This document shows positions 58,880 to 64,000 of a stretch of DNA of 64,000 nucleotides, one piece after another. Origin of the DNA: a virus (lineage: Duplodnaviria > Heunggongvirae > Uroviricota > Caudoviricetes). The DNA lies in IMG/VR virus record IMGVR_UViG_3300029288_000059, positions 97,237 through 161,236 of that record; one strand, given 5' to 3'. Each line of letters opens with the position of its first letter. Within the stretch, counting starts at the first letter, position 1. The notes beneath the pieces were generated by a model. That model saw only the letters and a list, made by a program, of their open reading frames with translations. It did no database searches and had not been told where the DNA came from. Position numbers and translations under genes: made by a program.

Positions 58880-59062
58880 CTATATTACGTTTTCCAATTC
58901 CAACCCTAAGTTGGTTAAGCTAATGATATGGGCAATATCACGAGGACTATAACCCATTTCAATGTATTTGGTATAGAGTATAGTTAAAGCAGTATCTGCT
59001 TCATGATTCAAATCTTGTATGTCTTTAACGAAGCGATTGTTTTTATCATATGCGTTTTTCAT
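58880..59062 (-). CDS. Small early protein, tandem paralog A
   Basis: YTKYIEMGYSPRDIAHII; own promoter. Confidence 0.65.
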   Translation of the reverse strand: MKNAYDKNNRFVKDIQDLNHEADTALTILYTKYIEMGYSPRDIAHIISLTNLGLELENVI

Positions 59063-59144
59063 TTTCTTTATCCTTTATGGGTGTTTGTAATTTAAGTATA
59101 ACATAATAAATTATAATGTCAACACTTAAATTATAGATTAGCCT

Positions 59145-59330
59145 TTATTTAATGATGCTAACAAATTCTTCATGTATATTAGCATTATTGATTACATGGG
59201 AAATTTCACGGGGTCCATAACCCATTTCGATGTATTTGGCGTATATGGTTTCTAAGAAGTCATGTACTTCGATGTCCAGTGTGGCTCCCTCAGCTGTTAA
59301 TTTTGCTTGTTCGGTGTATAAACTTTTCAT
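59145..59330 (-). CDS. Small early protein, tandem paralog B
   Basis: YAKYIEMGYGPREISHVI; near-identical promoter. Confidence 0.65.
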   Translation of the reverse strand: MKSLYTEQAKLTAEGATLDIEVHDFLETIYAKYIEMGYGPREISHVINNANIHEEFVSIIK

Positions 59331-59489
59331 TTTCTTTATCCTTTATGTGTGTTTATAATTTAAGTATAACATAATAAATTATAATGTCAACCGTTATTTT
59401 AAATTATTTTACGTTAATAGAGATTAAAAAATAGTTAATGCCCCTATTGACATATATTATTCATAATGTTAGTATAAAGTTATAAACAA

Positions 59490-60641
59490 ATGGAGTATAA
59501 CATGATTAATGATGACATAAGACAAATTAATCAATATTTTAAAAACGAAGGGTTCGAACTTCGTTTGGTTGGTGGGTGCGTTCGGGATTATCTATCAAAT
59601 ATAGTCCCGCATGATATTGATTTGTGTACGAATGCAACCCCGACAGATATGGAACATATAGCCACCAAATATAATCTCAAACTAATACCAACAGGGATTA
59701 AACATGGTACTATTACATTTATCCTCAATGATGAACAGTACGAAGTAACAACACTTCGTATTGATACTGAATGTGATGGTAGACATGCCGATGTGACATT
59801 TACAACTGATTGGGAAGCGGATGCAAAACGACGTGATTTTACTTTCAATGCACTTTCAATGGATATGGATGGTAATGTTTATGATTACTGTAATGGTAAA
59901 CAAGATTTGGAAAGACAAATCACCAAATTTATTGGTAATCCATTTGATAGGATAACAGAAGATTATCTTCGTATTCTTCGTTATTTTAGATTTATGGGTA
60001 AGTTTGAAACGCCAATTATTGATTTTCAATCTTATAATGCAGTTAAAACAATGTTCCCATATATCCGTAATGTCTCAGGTGAACGGATTAATGATGAAAT
60101 TAGTAAAATACTAATGTCACATAATCCTACGATTTCATTGACATATTTGAATCAATGTAACAATATTGATATTATACCTAAGTTTAAAATTGATAATGTT
60201 GCATTCGAACGTTTTCATTCACTTAAAGCCGATTATGTTACTCGTTTGGCATTCCATCTTAATAGTGAAGAACAATGTAGTATTGTGGATGAAACATTCA
60301 AATTATCGACGAATGCGTATAAGAAACTTTTGTGGTTGGTATCACATAAGGATACTCCGATTACTGAACTTCAAATTAAACAATGGGTTAATTTGAAGAT
60401 ATGTTTTCACTTGAGTGATACAAAAGATTATATTAGTAGTTTGTTGATATTGACTAACAATCAACCATTCATTAAATTAGTATATAACATTCAACAAACT
60501 ATATTCCCAGTAAGTGGTAAGGATTTGTTGCCGTTGGGATTTAGAGGTGTTGATGTAGGACGACAACTTCGGGTATTGACACAGATATGGAAAAATAGTA
60601 ACTTTACCATGTCAAAAGAAGAATTGTTGAAACGTCGATAG
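59490..60641 (+). CDS. cca: CCA-adding tRNA nucleotidyltransferase (class II)
   Basis: LVGGCVRD, DIDL, EVTTLR, RRDFTFNAL, EDYLRILR, SGERI. Confidence 0.92.
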   Translation: MEYNMINDDIRQINQYFKNEGFELRLVGGCVRDYLSNIVPHDIDLCTNATPTDMEHIATKYNLKLIPTGIKHGTITFILNDEQYEVTTLRIDTECDGRHADVTFTTDWEADAKRRDFTFNALSMDMDGNVYDYCNGKQDLERQITKFIGNPFDRITEDYLRILRYFRFMGKFETPIIDFQSYNAVKTMFPYIRNVSGERINDEISKILMSHNPTISLTYLNQCNNIDIIPKFKIDNVAFERFHSLKADYVTRLAFHLNSEEQCSIVDETFKLSTNAYKKLLWLVSHKDTPITELQIKQWVNLKICFHLSDTKDYISSLLILTNNQPFIKLVYNIQQTIFPVSGKDLLPLGFRGVDVGRQLRVLTQIWKNSNFTMSKEELLKRR

Positions 60642-60838
60642 TTATAGGTATGAAGATGATATTACAAGAACCAAGTCCCTTGAGTGATATAATTGACGTA
60701 GATAGTTATAATTGTGAACATATTTGGGGGCCAGCCTATGACGGGAATGAAATACTAATTCCACAAACGTATATATGTCGAGTATGTGGTAAAGTTTCAC
60801 CCGACGATTACCCGAAACCGTTATAAGGAGTACTGACT

Positions 60839-61411
60839 ATGTATAATAAACTATGGTTAAATTTGGTACAATGTGGTAAAATAGCAAAAAACAAAAAAGA
60901 ATCATTATTGAATGATACAATGGTAAGAGTCCGTACACGAATTGAGAAAGAGGCAAAAAAAGGGAATTGTGAATTCGAAGTTGTAATGGGTGATGGATTA
61001 ATTCCACCCGATATATGGGATGAGGTTACTGAAGAGCTAAAGAAAGAAGATTTTTATTGCGACCAAGGTTTTGTGGATATTCGTCACTGGCCACACGTAC
61101 AATCAATACCTACGTACGCAATGACTATCTCATGGGACCATTTAATGAGTGAAAAAGGGTTATTAATTGCTGAACTTGAACGTAACGTTAGTAACATTAA
61201 AGATTTAATTACAAAACAGTTAGATGACGAGTTAACTTGTGATATGGCGTTATCACAAATTTCATGGGTAGAAAAAGAATTAATTAATATGAAGGATATA
61301 CGTGGACGACTCACGGTTTCGGAACTAAAAAAATTAATCATTCGTGCTAATAATGAATTAGATAGGATAAAGGAATCAATATATCGTTATGAATTAAATA
61401 GTTCAGAATAA
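60839..61411 (+). CDS. Hypothetical protein; N-half resembles the 36-39.8 kb paralog family
   Basis: IEKEAKKG...ELKKEDF...TISWD. Confidence 0.6.
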   Translation: MYNKLWLNLVQCGKIAKNKKESLLNDTMVRVRTRIEKEAKKGNCEFEVVMGDGLIPPDIWDEVTEELKKEDFYCDQGFVDIRHWPHVQSIPTYAMTISWDHLMSEKGLLIAELERNVSNIKDLITKQLDDELTCDMALSQISWVEKELINMKDIRGRLTVSELKKLIIRANNELDRIKESIYRYELNSSE

Positions 61412-61479
61412 AATGGGTAATAACGTTAATAATCATTTAATATAAATAAAAGATAATTTAACATAATGGAGTAGTTACG

Positions 61480-61977
61480 ATGGTTAAGATTTTAAGTTTG
61501 ATTAATGAAGCAGTTTCACCCAAAGTAGAGTTGACTAGTTCTACTATTACTCAAGATGTTATTGATAATACTGCTAAGGATGATATATTATATAAGGGCA
61601 AACCAGTATTTGACATCGTTTACGTTGCTAACATTGAGTCACTTGATGATAAGATTAAACAAGAATTAAATGAAATGATTGACCTTAAGGGATTATTTGT
61701 TAATGAATGTTACTTGGCATATAGTCCATCTAGTGATGAATTCGTTATGGGGTATGACGGTGGAGCCGAAGTTGAAAATCCTGAATATGATGAAGATAAT
61801 GATGAAGAACCGACAGTAACTGATTCTATTTCACCATTCATTACATTCAAAATCAATGGTACTGATGTGACGGATATGGTAGTTGATTATTGGCAAGGGG
61901 AATGGTACCCCACTAATGGTGGTCGTGATAAAGTTCATACTCAATATAAAGATTTGTTAGAACTTAGATTAGATTAG
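61480..61977 (+). CDS. Acidic protein with MVKILSLINE leader
   Basis: TATAAATA at 61441; GGAG RBS. Confidence 0.65.
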   Translation: MVKILSLINEAVSPKVELTSSTITQDVIDNTAKDDILYKGKPVFDIVYVANIESLDDKIKQELNEMIDLKGLFVNECYLAYSPSSDEFVMGYDGGAEVENPEYDEDNDEEPTVTDSISPFITFKINGTDVTDMVVDYWQGEWYPTNGGRDKVHTQYKDLLELRLD

Positions 61978-61987
61978 GAATAAAATA

Positions 61988-62251
61988 ATGGACTATAATT
62001 TCATTTACATCATAATCGGAGTTGTAATATATCAAGTCATAGTCCATTATATTCGTAAGTTTAAACGAGATGAATATATTAAATCATTGAATAATGAACT
62101 TTTATCTGTTTGTAGTGAACAGACAGAAGTTCTTAGTATATTAAACGATATCCCAATGGAAAACATCATTGAGATTATTGGGTTTAAAGCACGTTATATG
62201 GATTTAAAAAATAAAGAAAATGAACTAAATGAAAGGTTAAAGAATGTCTAA
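61988..62251 (+). CDS. Membrane-anchored hypothetical protein
   Basis: N-terminal TM plus coiled coil. Confidence 0.55.
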   Translation: MDYNFIYIIIGVVIYQVIVHYIRKFKRDEYIKSLNNELLSVCSEQTEVLSILNDIPMENIIEIIGFKARYMDLKNKENELNERLKNV

Positions 62252-62822
62252 TATTATAGTCGATGTCGATGATACATTGTTAAGATGGATAGATGGATTC
62301 ACAAACCATCTTCGTATCGAACATGACTTAGTACTAGACCCTCGTAATATCAACGAATGGGAATTATCTCACTGGACTGGTATGTCACAAGAAGAAACAT
62401 ATAATGCAGTCCAAGATTTTAACCGCACAGATAGAACGTTTGCTAATCTTAAACCACTCGATGACTCACAAGACATTATTAATAATTTACATTTAGCAAA
62501 TAATAAATTAACAGTTATTACTTGTTGTGGTAATAGTTGCTTAACAAGGCTGAGAAGACATTATAACCTTAATAAAGTATATGGTAATATCTTCAATGAC
62601 ATTATATGTATCGATACCACACAAGATAAAAAAGAATATCTTAATAAACTATATGAACCAAATTCCTATATAATTGAAGATAACTACAAACACGCAAAAG
62701 ATGCGATAGCGATTGGTTATAATGCTATTGTATTAAAGAAGACTTATAACGCCGCATATTGGGCAGATAGTTCAATTATGTGGGTTAATGGTTGGAATGA
62801 CATTGGCAAACTTTTGTTTTAA
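62244..62822 (+). CDS. HAD-family 5'(3')-deoxyribonucleotidase-like protein
   Basis: IVDVDDTL motif I, VIT, K, IIEDN motif IV, YN. Confidence 0.85.
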   Translation: MSNIIVDVDDTLLRWIDGFTNHLRIEHDLVLDPRNINEWELSHWTGMSQEETYNAVQDFNRTDRTFANLKPLDDSQDIINNLHLANNKLTVITCCGNSCLTRLRRHYNLNKVYGNIFNDIICIDTTQDKKEYLNKLYEPNSYIIEDNYKHAKDAIAIGYNAIVLKKTYNAAYWADSSIMWVNGWNDIGKLLF

Positions 62823-62838
62823 AGAGAGGATATAATAA

Positions 62839-63075
62839 ATGATAAGTTTCTTAATCGGATTAGGTTTAATAGTAGCAAGTATTATGAGTATTGGTCTCGC
62901 TAAGGCATTAGCAGACTGGGGGGTTAAGAGGTATCTCATTAATAGTAATAAAGTAACTGATATCCCAATTGATTCACTTATAGTTACTGGGTTATGTTTT
63001 GTAGACGCCGCAATATCTATACTATCTATCGTTATGTTCTTTAGTGGTATTGATTATATTGTTGCTGCGTTTTAA
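62839..63075 (+). CDS. Two-TM membrane protein
   Basis: Hydrophobic segments; GAGG RBS. Confidence 0.55.
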   Translation: MISFLIGLGLIVASIMSIGLAKALADWGVKRYLINSNKVTDIPIDSLIVTGLCFVDAAISILSIVMFFSGIDYIVAAF

Positions 63076-63086
63076 AGGAAGTATGA

Positions 63087-63563
63087 ATGATTGAAGTTAA
63101 TGGTTATAAATATGGAACCACATTTGGGGTCATTACTCAACATATTAGCAACATACGCGAAGTATTTAATCCGTCAATAGTTGAACTTGCTTATATCTTT
63201 GATGTGTCACGGCAAACTGTTTACAAATGGTTGGATGGAACAAATCCAGAAGTGGATAAGAATGAGCAAATTAAGAATTTAAGCCATGTTGCGGATAAAT
63301 TTAAGACAGCTAATATTTCACGTGCTGGTTTGTTAATCAAAATGAAAGCGTTTAACGGACAGTCGTTAATTGATTTGTTTAAAACGGGTACTTATACCGA
63401 TAATCATATTGATATTCTAATAAAAGAAGCCAAAATAATGGAGGAATCCCATAGTAAAGTACTTAATTCCCTATACAGAGTATCACCGACAGACGATTGG
63501 AAGTCATATGTATCAATCCCAGCTTCATTTGACATACATAAAACGGCAAAAAAAGAATGTTAG
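63087..63563 (+). CDS. Xre-like HTH DNA-binding protein
   Basis: ELAYIFDVSRQTVYKWLDG. Confidence 0.75.
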   Translation: MIEVNGYKYGTTFGVITQHISNIREVFNPSIVELAYIFDVSRQTVYKWLDGTNPEVDKNEQIKNLSHVADKFKTANISRAGLLIKMKAFNGQSLIDLFKTGTYTDNHIDILIKEAKIMEESHSKVLNSLYRVSPTDDWKSYVSIPASFDIHKTAKKEC

Positions 63564-63584
63564 GCACGGTTAGGATAATCCATT

Positions 63585-63983
63585 ATGACAATAAACGAAA
63601 CATTATTAAACCAGTTACAAGAATTAAAATGCCCTATTTGTGGGGAGCCGTTAGAAATAGAGGATAACCGGTATGATTCACAATACGGTAATGCTGGTGA
63701 ATTTATAACCGTTAGTTGTTCATCCTCGGATAAACATTTTGGTTATCCCAAATTTTCTTATTATAATAAACCATCGTATATGTATGAACGCATCACTAGT
63801 TATTTAAATCATTATAAGACAGGTAATAAATGTCTTCATTGTGGTAGTAACAATGTTAATAGGGATTTATACGAAACCCGATACATTCCAACCATTAAGG
63901 AATACGCAGATATCATTAACGTCAGTTGTAATGATTGTGGCTGTACTATGCAAATCCCTATTACGATTATTAATGAGGAATAA
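63585..63983 (+). CDS. Double zinc-ribbon protein
   Basis: CPICG, CLHCGS, CNDCG. Confidence 0.6.
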   Translation: MTINETLLNQLQELKCPICGEPLEIEDNRYDSQYGNAGEFITVSCSSSDKHFGYPKFSYYNKPSYMYERITSYLNHYKTGNKCLHCGSNNVNRDLYETRYIPTIKEYADIINVSCNDCGCTMQIPITIINEE

Positions 63984-64000
63984 AGATTAAAATAACTTTA

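Noticed and set aside
2381-61448. Listing every TATAAATA as a T4-type late promoter
   Set aside because: Several are well placed (2381, 6946, 16623, 23896, 24689, 61441), but the octamer is common by chance in such AT-rich DNA, so it was used only as supporting evidence

Overview
AT-rich fragment of a large, T4-like/jumbo myovirus genome. The host is probably an alphaproteobacterium, judged from a circularly permuted two-piece tmRNA with an ANDN...AA tag and an RpoH-like sigma factor. Virion genes: gp25- and gp6-like baseplate, Gly-rich adhesin, Ig/LamG tail-fibre proteins, and candidate capsid-packaged proteins with a shared 10-aa leader. Replication/recombination genes: family-B DNA polymerase fractured by a split intein with a free-standing endonuclease between the halves, sliding clamp, UvsY, RNase HI, Holliday-junction resolvase. 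Nucleotide/RNA metabolism: ThyX, CCA-adding enzyme, TGT-like protein, NADAR, HAD nucleotidase. Many small accessory genes sit behind a repeated sigma70-type early promoter. Most notable: (1) an RlmN/Cfr-like radical SAM enzyme whose catalytic C-terminal AACGQ segment is a separate, unannotated 46-aa gene, in an operon with a second radical SAM enzyme and a methyltransferase; (2) a TnpB whose omegaRNA-like 3' end is copied 18 kb away with a different guide, and whose own guide matches the phage's multicopy early promoter; (3) the fractured polymerase; (4) the permuted tmRNA; (5) a tandem array of seven divergent paralogous genes. All calls come from motif reading by eye; no database searches were run.
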